A stretch of DNA of 64,000 nt, taken from contig VBGR01000037.1 in assembly GCA_005880695.1 (NCBI GenBank), forward strand, positions 17,584-81,583, written 5' to 3'. Each line of letters starts with the position of its first letter. Positions within the stretch are counted from its first letter, which is position 1. Below are positions 44,166 to 52,341 of the stretch, one piece after another. The notes under the pieces are model-generated. The model searched no databases. It had not been told where the DNA came from and saw nothing but the letters and a program-made list of their open reading frames with translations. The position numbers and the translations under genes were made by a program. The DNA comes from Chloroflexota bacterium (GTDB lineage: Bacteria > Chloroflexota > Dormibacteria > Dormibacterales > Dormibacteraceae).

Positions 44166-44233
44166 CCTCCGGCGGCCCTTGGTCGGGACTCCTTGGCCCG
44201 TTCGCCTGCGACCTGACCCACCCTGTGATAGCG

Positions 44234-44611
44234 CTACTGATGGAACGGTAAGCGCCCGCGCTCAGCCAAAAAGACCGTGATCATGGCGAGAACAATGAAG
44301 CCCATGAATACGGCAAGCACCAAGTAGCCGATGATGAGCCCGGCCAGGGCGGCGTCTGAAGGATTCTCGCGATGGGATATGTGACCAGACACAATCGCAG
44401 CCACAGCCGCCGACGGAATCACAAGCGGCACGAGCGCCAGCAGCATGAATGAGATTGGCGGCGGCGTACCAGGTTGCCAATTGACTCGCAGCATCAAAAA
44501 GGGCGCCAGAAATTGCAAGCCGAGTGCGGCCGCCGCCAGACAGGCCGCGCCGAGGCTGAATCTGCCTAAGCGAGTGTGCCTACCCCGACGACGTGAGGGT
44601 TCGATGGCCAT
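44234..44611 (-). CDS. Hypothetical small membrane protein
   Basis: 125 aa with a basic N-terminus and 3-4 hydrophobic helices. No recognisable motif. The region is less GC-rich than the flanks. Confidence 0.45.
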   Translation of the reverse strand: MAIEPSRRRGRHTRLGRFSLGAACLAAAALGLQFLAPFLMLRVNWQPGTPPPISFMLLALVPLVIPSAAVAAIVSGHISHRENPSDAALAGLIIGYLVLAVFMGFIVLAMITVFLAERGRLPFHQ

Positions 44612-44686
44612 ACCAACACTCTAATCCGGCGCCAGCTGCGCCCCGTCACCGAGGCTCCGGCGGTGCATCGCGTCGCCGACATGTCA

Positions 44687-44914
44687 TCAATACCTGGTCC
44701 CAAACCACAGAGTCGCCAGGCCGAAAGCGACCATCACGAAACCCGCCACGCGGACCTGCGCCACGCTGAGCGGCCACAGACTGCCCCAGGCCCAAGTCGG
44801 GGCGTTTGGTCCTTCCGGATACTCTCGGCGGAAGCGCGCGTAGCGCTCGGCAAAGAGGATTGAGAGCAATCCGATGACGATGCAGACGGCGGAAAAGACG
44901 GTGACTTTGAGCAT
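44687..44914 (-). CDS. Hypothetical 2-TM protein
   Basis: Track ORF 44687-44965 was trimmed to the internal ATG (MLKVTVFSAV), so it no longer overlaps the upstream gene. Confidence 0.4.
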   Translation of the reverse strand: MLKVTVFSAVCIVIGLLSILFAERYARFRREYPEGPNAPTWAWGSLWPLSVAQVRVAGFVMVAFGLATLWFGTRY

Positions 44915-44919
44915 TCTGT

Positions 44920-45123
44920 CTAGCGGCGGCGCACGTAGCGAATCCACCAGTAGGGGATCAGACAAAACGACTGGATACCGACAAAGAGGCTAAAGATTCC
45001 TAGCCACAAGGGGCCCAACCATAGGATCTGAAAGGCTCCCATCCCGATCGCTGTTACGCCCGCCGCCACGCTGGCCAAGGCTATTTGAGGAAATTGCCTC
45101 CTTCGACGCTCGAGGACGTCCAC
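44920..45123 (-). CDS. Hypothetical 2-TM protein
   Basis: 67 aa with two hydrophobic helices and a basic C-terminus (RYVRRR). Confidence 0.4.
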   Translation of the reverse strand: MDVLERRRRQFPQIALASVAAGVTAIGMGAFQILWLGPLWLGIFSLFVGIQSFCLIPYWWIRYVRRR

Positions 45124-45151
45124 GCGCTACTCGCGCATCGACCCCGACGGG

Positions 45152-45538
45152 TCAGTCGTTGATGACGGCCAGGAGGGCTGTGTTGTGGACGGCCACGACC
45201 AGCAGGCCGACCACCGAGACCTGGAGCGCCCGCCAGACGAAGTGATAGGCCTGCTGCGAGGCGCGGCCTGGATTGCGCATCGCGTAAAACTGCACTAGAA
45301 GGCTCACGATCGCCATCGCGCCAACCAGCGCCAGCTTGAGAACGAAAACCAACCCCAGGCCGCCCATCCCGAGCAGCGTCCCGACGAGCGCGTTGCCCTC
45401 CACGCCACCGCGCGCCATGTCGGCGCCGGTTGTGATGACATCGCAGATCTGAGCGAGGGCGAGAAGCGCGATCCAGACAGCCAGGAGGCGGAAGGAGGGT
45501 AACTGTCGGCGGCCCCTGGCTGCTCCGACCACTATCAC
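45152..45538 (-). CDS. Hypothetical 4-TM protein (DUF5658-like)
   Basis: 128 aa with ICDVITTGADMARGGVEGNALV between TM1 and TM2, which resembles DUF5658. Confidence 0.45.
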   Translation of the reverse strand: MIVVGAARGRRQLPSFRLLAVWIALLALAQICDVITTGADMARGGVEGNALVGTLLGMGGLGLVFVLKLALVGAMAIVSLLVQFYAMRNPGRASQQAYHFVWRALQVSVVGLLVVAVHNTALLAVIND

Positions 45539-45614
45539 TAAATATGATAGCGACTTCGGCGGCGAGCCATTGTAAGCCTAGCCTATCGCAAAGTTACCAG
45601 ACGACGCGCGGAGG

Positions 45615-45902
45615 CTACTGGGCGGCGGGCGGCTTCCCCGGCAGACGGCGCCACTGTCGCGGCCCGACCCCGGCGCTGGGGTTGCCGGGCACGAAGGCGA
45701 CGGCCTCCGGATTGACCATGCAAAGGTCCTTGCGGACGACGCTCCGGTCTCCGCTGCCGGGGTGCTCGACGACGACAGTTCGCTCCAGCACTGCCCGGAC
45801 TCGGACCGGCTCGCCGTCGACCACGGCATCGAATCCGCCGCCGACCTCGTGGTTGGCGGGCGGGACGATCGTGGCGAGAGGGACTAGTTCAGTGATGCTC
45901 AT
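45615..45902 (-). CDS. Hypothetical soluble protein
   Basis: Track ORF was trimmed to ATG 45902, which is preceded by GGAAGGTG. No recognisable family. Confidence 0.4.
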   Translation of the reverse strand: MSITELVPLATIVPPANHEVGGGFDAVVDGEPVRVRAVLERTVVVEHPGSGDRSVVRKDLCMVNPEAVAFVPGNPSAGVGPRQWRRLPGKPPAAQ

Positions 45903-46089
45903 GCTTAGACACCTTCCAAATGAAACCGGCCCCATCCCAGCAGGCGGGAGGGCCGGCGGCAGTGCAACGCATAGATTCTAGCAAATTCGCGGCCGAGTTC
46001 CGCGCGCGCGTGCGCGCGCGAAAGGGCCGCCCCTCCTGCATGCAATGACGAGAAGCAGCCCGCCGCCGAGGTGGCTAGGCAGGCGATCG

Positions 46090-46776
46090 CTACGCGGTTA
46101 TCGGCGCCGGGGCCTCGTCGGCTCTGAGTTCGACCCCGAACGCGCTCTCAAAGTGGCGCGCGTAAGACTGGGCCGCCTCCTGGACGGCCACGCGGCGACC
46201 GGTCAGCCGCTCGACCGACGTGGTCTTCTTGTCGGGCAGCCCACACGGCACGATGCCATCGAAGTAGGCGAGGTCGGTTGTCAGGTTGAGAGCGAATCCG
46301 TGACTCAGCACGCGTCCGGTCAGCTTCACGCCGATCGCGGCCACCTTGGCGTCCCCGGCCCAGACCCCGGTCAGGCCCGGGACCGGGCCCCCCTTGATGC
46401 CGAGCTCCGCCAGATAGGCGATCAGCGAGTCCTCCAGCCCGCGCAGGTAGGTGAGCAGGTCGCCACCCATCCGGTCGAGGTCGAGGACCGGATAACCGAC
46501 CAGCTGGCCGGGGCCGTGGTAGGTCGCGTCGCCGCCGCGGTCGCTCCAGACGAGCTCGACCTCGCGGCGACGGCGCTCGGTCTCATCCCAGAGGACATGA
46601 TCCACAGTGCCCCGCCGCCCGAGAGTGAAGACGTGCGGGTGCTCCAGCAGGAGGAGGGTGTCTGGTGCTGTCCCCGCTTTGACGCCCTCGACCAGCTCGC
46701 GCTGGAGGTCCCAGGCGTCCAGGTAGGGAACCCTACCCAGCCAGCAGTCTCTGACGACCAGCGGGGATTTGCTCAT
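46090..46776 (-). CDS. lipB: Octanoyltransferase (lipoyl(octanoyl) transferase)
   Basis: RGGDATYHGPGQLVGYP and the catalytic Lys region AAIGVKL. The start was taken at ATG 46776 (MSKSPLVV), which overlaps the lipA 3' end. Confidence 0.85.
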   Translation of the reverse strand: MSKSPLVVRDCWLGRVPYLDAWDLQRELVEGVKAGTAPDTLLLLEHPHVFTLGRRGTVDHVLWDETERRRREVELVWSDRGGDATYHGPGQLVGYPVLDLDRMGGDLLTYLRGLEDSLIAYLAELGIKGGPVPGLTGVWAGDAKVAAIGVKLTGRVLSHGFALNLTTDLAYFDGIVPCGLPDKKTTSVERLTGRRVAVQEAAQSYARHFESAFGVELRADEAPAPITA

Positions 46777-47611
46777 CAGCGTGGTAGGAGGAGCGGACCA
46801 AAGCGCCCGCTTCGACGTGCGCGAAGCCCATCTGAAGAGCCTCGGATTTGAGCTCGTCGAACTCCGCGGGCGGGTAGTAGCGGAGGACTTCGGCATGCTT
46901 TTTCGAGGGCCGCAGATATTGGCCGACGGTCAGCACGTCGACGCGGTGCTCGCGCATGTTGCGGAAGACCTGGAGCAGCTCATCTCTCGTCTCACCGAGC
47001 CCGACCATGACACCGGACTTGGTGACCAGGTCGGGCCGCAGCTGCTTGACGTGACGCAGGATTCCCAGGCTGTTGGCGTAGACCGCTTTGGGCCGAATCC
47101 GGGCATAGAGACGGGGCACCGTCTCGGTGTTGTGGTTGAAGATGTCGGGACCGGCCTCGACGACAGTGCGCACCGCGTCATGGTCTCCCTGGAAGTCGGG
47201 AGTCAGAACCTCCACGCTGGTGTCGGGACTGCGCCGCCGGATGGCCCGGATGGTGCGGGCGAAAATCTCTGCGCCGCCATCGCGGAGATCGTCGCGGTCG
47301 ACTGAAGTGATCACCGCGTGACGCAGGCCCAGCCTGGCCACCGATTCAGCGACGCGAAGTGGCTCGGTGATGTCGAACTCAGTGGGCCGGCCCGAGGTGA
47401 CCGCACAGAAGCGGCAGGCGCGGGTGCAGACCGCGCCAAGGATCATGAAGGTGGCCGTGCGCCGGTTCCAGCAGTCGTAGATGTTGGGGCAGTGAGCCTC
47501 TTCGCAAACGGTGTGCAGCCGCTGGTCGTGCACCAGCTGCTTCAGCTCCTTGTAGTTCTCGCCTTCGCTGACCCGGACCTTGATCCACTCGGGGATCTTC
47601 CGCGTCGGCAT
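46733..47611 (-). CDS. lipA: Lipoyl synthase (radical SAM)
   Basis: CEEAHCPNIYDC auxiliary cluster motif and CTRACRFC radical-SAM motif. Track ORF was trimmed to ATG 47611 (MPTRKIPEWIK). Confidence 0.9.
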   Translation of the reverse strand: MPTRKIPEWIKVRVSEGENYKELKQLVHDQRLHTVCEEAHCPNIYDCWNRRTATFMILGAVCTRACRFCAVTSGRPTEFDITEPLRVAESVARLGLRHAVITSVDRDDLRDGGAEIFARTIRAIRRRSPDTSVEVLTPDFQGDHDAVRTVVEAGPDIFNHNTETVPRLYARIRPKAVYANSLGILRHVKQLRPDLVTKSGVMVGLGETRDELLQVFRNMREHRVDVLTVGQYLRPSKKHAEVLRYYPPAEFDELKSEALQMGFAHVEAGALVRSSYHADEQIPAGRQRLLAG

Positions 47612-47622
47612 GATGAGATCGC

Positions 47623-48954
47623 TCACAGCTTGATCGAAGCCGGGGACCAGTCCTCGAGTCGCTTCTTGATCCAGTTCACGAACTGGCCCGCCTGGTAGCC
47701 GTCCAGGATCCGGTGATCGAAGCTCATGCACAGGTTCATCATGCTCCGGATCGTCATGCCTTCCCCGATCACCACGGGCCTCCGCACGATCGATTCGGTG
47801 GTCAGGATGGCGGCCTGCGGCTGGTTGATGATCGGCATCGAGGCTATCGACCCGGTGGCCCCGGTGTTGTTCAAGGTGAAGGTGCCACCCTGCACGTCAT
47901 CCGTCTTGAGCTGCTTCTGGCGAGCCCGGTTTGTCACGTCCGTGATGGCCTTGACCAGGTCGGTGAACCCGAGGCGGTCGGCGTCCTTGACGACCGGCAC
48001 GATGAGGCCGTCGGGCGGAACTGCCACGGCGATCCCGAGATTGACGTAGCGCTTGAGCAGGATGCCATCGTCGGTCCAGCTCGAGTTCAAGTAGGGGAAC
48101 TCGTGCAGCGCCTCGCAAAGGATCTGCGCGACGAAAGGCAGGTAAGTCAGGTTCAAGCCGTGACGCTGCCGGTAGTCGTCCTTCTCGGCCTCCCGGTAGC
48201 GGACCAGGTCGGTCATGTCGACCTCGACCATCGTCCAGACGTGGGGTGAGGTCTGGACGCTGCGGACCATGTGCTCGGCGATTTGGCGCCGGACGGCATT
48301 GATCCGGACCAGCTCTTCACGGTCGCCGGCCTTGGTGGGAGCCTGCTGCGGTGCAGCCGGGGCAGGGGCAGCCGCAGCTGCCGGCTTGGCAGGCTCCTTG
48401 GCGGGAGCAGCCGGCGCCGGAGCGGCGGGCGCGGGCGCAGCTGCTGGGGGCTCGGCAGCCGCCGCGGGAGCACCGCCCTGCTGCACGTAGGCGAGCACGT
48501 CGTCGCGGGTCACGCGGCCGCTTTCCCCGGTGCCGGAGATCGTGGACGGGTCGATGCCGTGCTCTTCTGCAAGCCGCCGGACTGCGGGGCTGAAGCGGGG
48601 CCGCTCGCCGGCAGGCTGTGCCGCCGGACGGGGCACCTCCACCGTCGGGGTTGCCGCCGCCGCGGTGGGCGCCTCGGCCGGTGTCGGGGCGGCAGCCGGC
48701 GCTCCGTCGCCGCCGGCGGTCTCGATCTGGGCGATCTCGATCCCGATCGCAACTGTCGTGCCCTCTGGCACGCTGATCTTGAGGAGCTTGCCTTCGAATG
48801 GGGAGGGGATCTCGGCGTTGACCTTGTCGGTCACGACCTCGACGAGGGGCTCGTCCTTCTTGACGAACTCGCCTTCCTTCTTGAGCCAGCGATCGACGGT
48901 GCCCTCGGTGACCGATTCACCCAGCTGGGGCATCTTGATCGTACTGACACCCAT
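47623..48954 (-). CDS. Dihydrolipoamide acyltransferase (E2) of a 2-oxoacid dehydrogenase complex
   Basis: Lipoyl domain (VVTDKVNAEIPSP), an Ala/Pro linker, PSBD (SPAVRRLAEEHGIDPSTISGTG) and a catalytic domain with SFDHRILDG. Confidence 0.9.
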   Translation of the reverse strand: MGVSTIKMPQLGESVTEGTVDRWLKKEGEFVKKDEPLVEVVTDKVNAEIPSPFEGKLLKISVPEGTTVAIGIEIAQIETAGGDGAPAAAPTPAEAPTAAAATPTVEVPRPAAQPAGERPRFSPAVRRLAEEHGIDPSTISGTGESGRVTRDDVLAYVQQGGAPAAAAEPPAAAPAPAAPAPAAPAKEPAKPAAAAAPAPAAPQQAPTKAGDREELVRINAVRRQIAEHMVRSVQTSPHVWTMVEVDMTDLVRYREAEKDDYRQRHGLNLTYLPFVAQILCEALHEFPYLNSSWTDDGILLKRYVNLGIAVAVPPDGLIVPVVKDADRLGFTDLVKAITDVTNRARQKQLKTDDVQGGTFTLNNTGATGSIASMPIINQPQAAILTTESIVRRPVVIGEGMTIRSMMNLCMSFDHRILDGYQAGQFVNWIKKRLEDWSPASIKL

Positions 48955-49020
48955 CTATGCGAAGTATAGAAACCGGCTCAGGCCGCCCCTGACAGCGTCG
49001 GTAAACTGACGTCGGGTTAG

Positions 49021-49094
49021 GGCGACGTAGCCAAGTGGCAAGGCAGAGGTCTGCAAAACCTCCACCGGCGGTTCGATTCCGCCCGTCGCCTCCA
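49021..49094 (+). tRNA. tRNA-Cys (anticodon GCA), CCA encoded
   Basis: Acceptor GGCGACG/CGTCGCC, anticodon stem GAGGT/ACCTC with loop CTGCAAA, T-loop TTCGATT, discriminator T and CCA. Confidence 0.9.
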
Positions 49095-49108
49095 ATCGTC
49101 CTGCGGTC

Positions 49109-49927
49109 CTAGCGAGAGGCTGAATCTCCCGGCTCGCCACGGATCTGCTTTTCCTGCACCGGCTCGAAGCCTTCCGTCCTGGTGATCGTCGCGACGTCGA
49201 TAAAGCCGCCCACGCCGCGAATGCCGACAGTCCATCTCTGGGCGGAGACCGTCGTCCTGATCAGGAAGATCGAAAGGTCGATGCAGTCCTGCAGCGGTAG
49301 GAACTGGTAGGGGATGCGGATGCCGACTTCCGGCGGCAGCGCCTGTTCGAGGGTCGTCTTCTGAGCCGGGGTCAGGTTGAGCGCCTTGGTCGCGATGTCG
49401 GGCAGGCGGCCGTCATAGCCGTTCAGCAGTCGCTGCACGTACTCGGTCTGACCGCCGTAAACGATCCCGAACAGGTTCGGCGACTGCTCCACCGCCTCGG
49501 GCGCTCCGGGTATGGCGACGAGAAAGACGCGCCCGTACGTGGCGTCCTGGTCGAACCCGGCGACAAGGAAGTAGAGCGGATCGGCGCCGGCAGGCATCTT
49601 CGCTTGTTTCCACCGGGCCAGGAAGAACCGGCCCAGCCTGTCGGCCAGGGATTTGATCCCCAGGCGCCCGACTTTGTCCGCCCCGAGCTCCGCCTCGAAC
49701 TCCGGGATGTAGCTGTGAGCCGTTCGCGGTTCGGCCTGGCCCAACGCACCCTGGCCGTAGGTGACTACGCCGGCGAAGTCCTGGCCCCGGATTCTCAAGA
49801 GCTTGGTGGCGTTGTCGAAGTAGGCCGGCAGGAAGACATTGTTGGGAAGATTCGCGGTCAGCGTGACCCTGCTGTCTGCCGCCAGGACGACGCCCTCAGG
49901 GCCCTTGAAGACGATGCCTAAGGACAC
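49109..49927 (-). CDS. Proteasome beta-subunit-like Ntn hydrolase (T1 family-like), stand-alone
   Basis: The N-terminus MSLGIVFKGPEGVVLAADSRVT mirrors the beta-subunit start (nucleophile at +1, Asp17, Arg19). It has Ser in place of Thr1 and no propeptide. ATKLLRI is a candidate for the Lys33 region. 272 aa. Confidence 0.6.
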   Translation of the reverse strand: MSLGIVFKGPEGVVLAADSRVTLTANLPNNVFLPAYFDNATKLLRIRGQDFAGVVTYGQGALGQAEPRTAHSYIPEFEAELGADKVGRLGIKSLADRLGRFFLARWKQAKMPAGADPLYFLVAGFDQDATYGRVFLVAIPGAPEAVEQSPNLFGIVYGGQTEYVQRLLNGYDGRLPDIATKALNLTPAQKTTLEQALPPEVGIRIPYQFLPLQDCIDLSIFLIRTTVSAQRWTVGIRGVGGFIDVATITRTEGFEPVQEKQIRGEPGDSASR

Positions 49928-50006
49928 GCCGAGACGCTATCACTACGGCCTCTCGGCGGGGCCGACGTTACGTGGCAGCCCGCGCCGCCTCACACGGGCG
50001 GCGAAA

Positions 50007-50345
50007 ATGGATGCAGTCTTGAAGGGATCTCTCGCTCGTCGTTTCGCCGCCCTCGCGGGGGCGCTGGCCGTCCTCCCGCTGGCAGCCGCAGTCCTGTCCT
50101 GGAACCAGGCCGGCTTTGGAGCCGCCGCCGCTTTCGTCACCCTCTACCTGGCAGAGGCGCTCTACCTGCTGCCGGCGATCATCGCCTGGCTGCGGCCGGG
50201 GCCCGACAGTCGGACGATCATCCACCTCAACCTGACACTGGGCTGGTCTGGCCTCGGCTGGCTCGTCGCGCTGATGCTGGTGGTCTGGCCGGAGCCGAGC
50301 CAGAAACATCGCTCAAGGCTTGCGGCCCGCCTGGTCGATCTCTGA
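50007..50345 (+). CDS. Superinfection-immunity (Imm)-like small membrane protein
   Basis: Track ORF was trimmed to ATG 50007. LYLLPAIIAWLR....IIHLNLTLGWSGLGWLVALMLVVW matches the Imm_superinfect pattern. Confidence 0.55.
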   Translation: MDAVLKGSLARRFAALAGALAVLPLAAAVLSWNQAGFGAAAAFVTLYLAEALYLLPAIIAWLRPGPDSRTIIHLNLTLGWSGLGWLVALMLVVWPEPSQKHRSRLAARLVDL

Positions 50346-50348
50346 GGA

Positions 50349-50828
50349 GTGGATTCCGAGCTCTTCCGCAGTACCATGGCCCGTCACGCCGCTGGCGTCG
50401 TGGTCGTCAGCGCGGGCGCTGACAAGCGCTGGCGGGGCCTCACCGCGACGACGTTCACAGCCATCTCCATCGAGCCGCCGCAGGTGTTGGTGTCGCTGGA
50501 CAGGTTTGCAGCCACCCGTGACGCGGTGCTTGAAGCGGGGATCTTCAACGTCAGCCTGCTGTCCTCGCGTCAGGAGTTCATCGCGGAACGCTTCGCCGGC
50601 CGGGCGCCGCAGGTCGATCCAAGCTGGCGCGAGATCCCGCACCGGCTCGGCGAAAACGGCCTGCCGCTTGTAGAAGGCGCGATCGCCTGGTTCGAGTGCA
50701 AGCTTGACGCGGCGCACCCGGCAGGAGATCACGACATCGTGGTGGGCGTGGTTACCTCGGCCGGCGCCGGCACGGGCGACCCGCTGATCCTTTGGGACCG
50801 GTCTTTCTGGGAGCTTCGGGCGCGCTAG
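50349..50828 (+). CDS. Flavin reductase family protein (FMN-binding split barrel)
   Basis: FRSTMARHAAGVVVVS...GLTATTFTAISIEPPQVLVSL is typical of HpaC-like flavin reductases. Confidence 0.8.
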   Translation: MDSELFRSTMARHAAGVVVVSAGADKRWRGLTATTFTAISIEPPQVLVSLDRFAATRDAVLEAGIFNVSLLSSRQEFIAERFAGRAPQVDPSWREIPHRLGENGLPLVEGAIAWFECKLDAAHPAGDHDIVVGVVTSAGAGTGDPLILWDRSFWELRAR

Positions 50829-50832
50829 GCGG

Positions 50833-51135
50833 TCAGTAGGGGAGGTCCGGCTCCTCCATCCCGAAATGGTGCCCGACCTCGTGCAGGATGGTGCGCCGCA
50901 CCTCTTCTACTAACTCCTCCCAGGTATCGCAGCTCAGCTCGTGCTGCTCCTTGTAGACGGTCACCCGTTCCGGCAGCCCTTCACCGGCGGCCAGCGCGGT
51001 GGCGCCTTCATAAAGGCCGAGCAGGCCGTCAGGCGAGCTCCGCTCGATGACGAACCGGGTGTTGTCCAGGTACGGCAGAAAAGGTTCCGGAATCGAGGCG
51101 ATCGCCTCTTCCACCGCCTCTTGAAACCGGTCCAT
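50833..51135 (-). CDS. Zincin-like metallopeptidase family protein (DUF1025 type)
   Basis: 100 aa ending in ILHEVGHHFGMEE (HExxH). Track ORF 50833-51999 was trimmed to ATG 51135 because the remainder is antisense to the aldo/keto reductase. Confidence 0.7.
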   Translation of the reverse strand: MDRFQEAVEEAIASIPEPFLPYLDNTRFVIERSSPDGLLGLYEGATALAAGEGLPERVTVYKEQHELSCDTWEELVEEVRRTILHEVGHHFGMEEPDLPY

Positions 51136-51183
51136 GCTCACGTGCACTCCGAGTCCGTATCTTGAGGCGAAGGGCTGCAGGCT

Positions 51184-52158
51184 ATGGAGTTCGTCAACCT
51201 CGGACAGGCCGGACTGAAGGTGAGCCGACTTTGCCTCGGCACGATGGTTTTCGGCGCCCAATGCGACGAGGTGCAGAGCGCCCTGGTCCTCGATGCAGCG
51301 GCCGAGCTGGGCATCAACTTCCTCGACACCGCCGACGTCTACCCGGTGCCACCCGACCTGAAGACGGCCGGCCGCACTGAGGAGATCGTCGGCCGCTGGC
51401 TGCGCGGCAAGCGCGATCGGTTCGTCGTGGCCACCAAGTTCACCAATCCGATGGGCCCGGGGCCCAACGATCAGGGCGGAGGTCGCAAGCACGTCATCGA
51501 GGCTTGTGAGGCGAGCCTGCGCCGGCTGGGCGTGGAGCGGATCGACCTCTACTACATGCACCGCACCGACGAGTCGACGCCTGTCGATGAAACGCTCGAG
51601 GCGCTCGACCGGCTGGTCCAGGACGGGAAGGTCTACTACGTCGGCCTCTCCAACTTCGAAGCCTGGCAGCTGGGTCTGGCCGAGGCCATCGTGCGTGAGC
51701 ACCGACTGGCGGCCATCAGCGCGCTGCAGCCTCGCTACAACCTGCTTTTCCGCCAACCCGAGCGGGACCTCTTTCCCTTCTGTAGAGCTGCCGGGATCGG
51801 CGTCATGCCTTACAACCCTCTCGGCGCCGGGATGCTGACCGGCAAGTACCAGCGCGGACAGCAGCCGCCGCCCGAGTCGCGCTTCGGCTGGGGCGAGTAC
51901 GGCCAGATGTACCAGGGCCGCTACTGGTCGGAGGAGATGTTCTCGGTGGTCGGGACTCTGATGCAGGTGGCCGAGCAGGAGGGGATGACGCCCGCACAAG
52001 CCGCCTTGGCGTGGGTCCTGAGCCGCGACGCCGTGACAAGTCCGATCGTGGGCGCCTCGCGACCGGAGCAGCTGCGCGAAACCGTCAAGTCGCTGGAGGC
52101 GAAACTCTCTGAGCAGGCGGTCGCCAAGCTAGACGAGGCGTCAAAGACCTTCTTATAG
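51184..52158 (+). CDS. Aldo/keto reductase
   Basis: LGTMVFG, GINFLDTADVYP, and the YYMHR and LSNF motifs. The last sense codon is TTA. Confidence 0.9.
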   Translation: MEFVNLGQAGLKVSRLCLGTMVFGAQCDEVQSALVLDAAAELGINFLDTADVYPVPPDLKTAGRTEEIVGRWLRGKRDRFVVATKFTNPMGPGPNDQGGGRKHVIEACEASLRRLGVERIDLYYMHRTDESTPVDETLEALDRLVQDGKVYYVGLSNFEAWQLGLAEAIVREHRLAAISALQPRYNLLFRQPERDLFPFCRAAGIGVMPYNPLGAGMLTGKYQRGQQPPPESRFGWGEYGQMYQGRYWSEEMFSVVGTLMQVAEQEGMTPAQAALAWVLSRDAVTSPIVGASRPEQLRETVKSLEAKLSEQAVAKLDEASKTFL

Positions 52159-52174
52159 CGCTAGATTGCGCTCT

Positions 52175-52250
52175 GCCCCCGTGGCCCAATCCGGCAGAGG
52201 CAGCCGACTTAAAATCGGCCCAGGTGTGGGTTCGACTCCCACCGGGGGCA
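52175..52250 (+). tRNA. Atypical tRNA with Leu anticodon TAA and a Leu-type D-arm but only a ~6-nt variable region; no encoded CCA
   Basis: Acceptor GCCCCCG/CGGGGGC, discriminator A, and a 3-bp D-stem GCC/GGC with large loop CAATCCGGCAGA. Anticodon stem GCCGA/TCGGC with loop CTTAAAA. T-arm GTGGG TTCGACT CCCAC. Only CCAGGT lies between the anticodon and T stems. Confidence 0.6.
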
Positions 52251-52341
52251 CATCAGAACGCCAGTCTTGACACCCCCCTCGACAGGCACCAAGCTACTAG
52301 GCCGAAAGGGGGGCGGAGTACGCGTTCAGGGTGGTGTGCCC

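Noticed and set aside
44166-45540. Possible integrated mobile element at tRNA-Phe
   Set aside because: No integrase, recombinase or phage genes are present, and I could find no direct repeat of the tRNA 3' end. It is reported only as a compositional islet, not as a mobile element.
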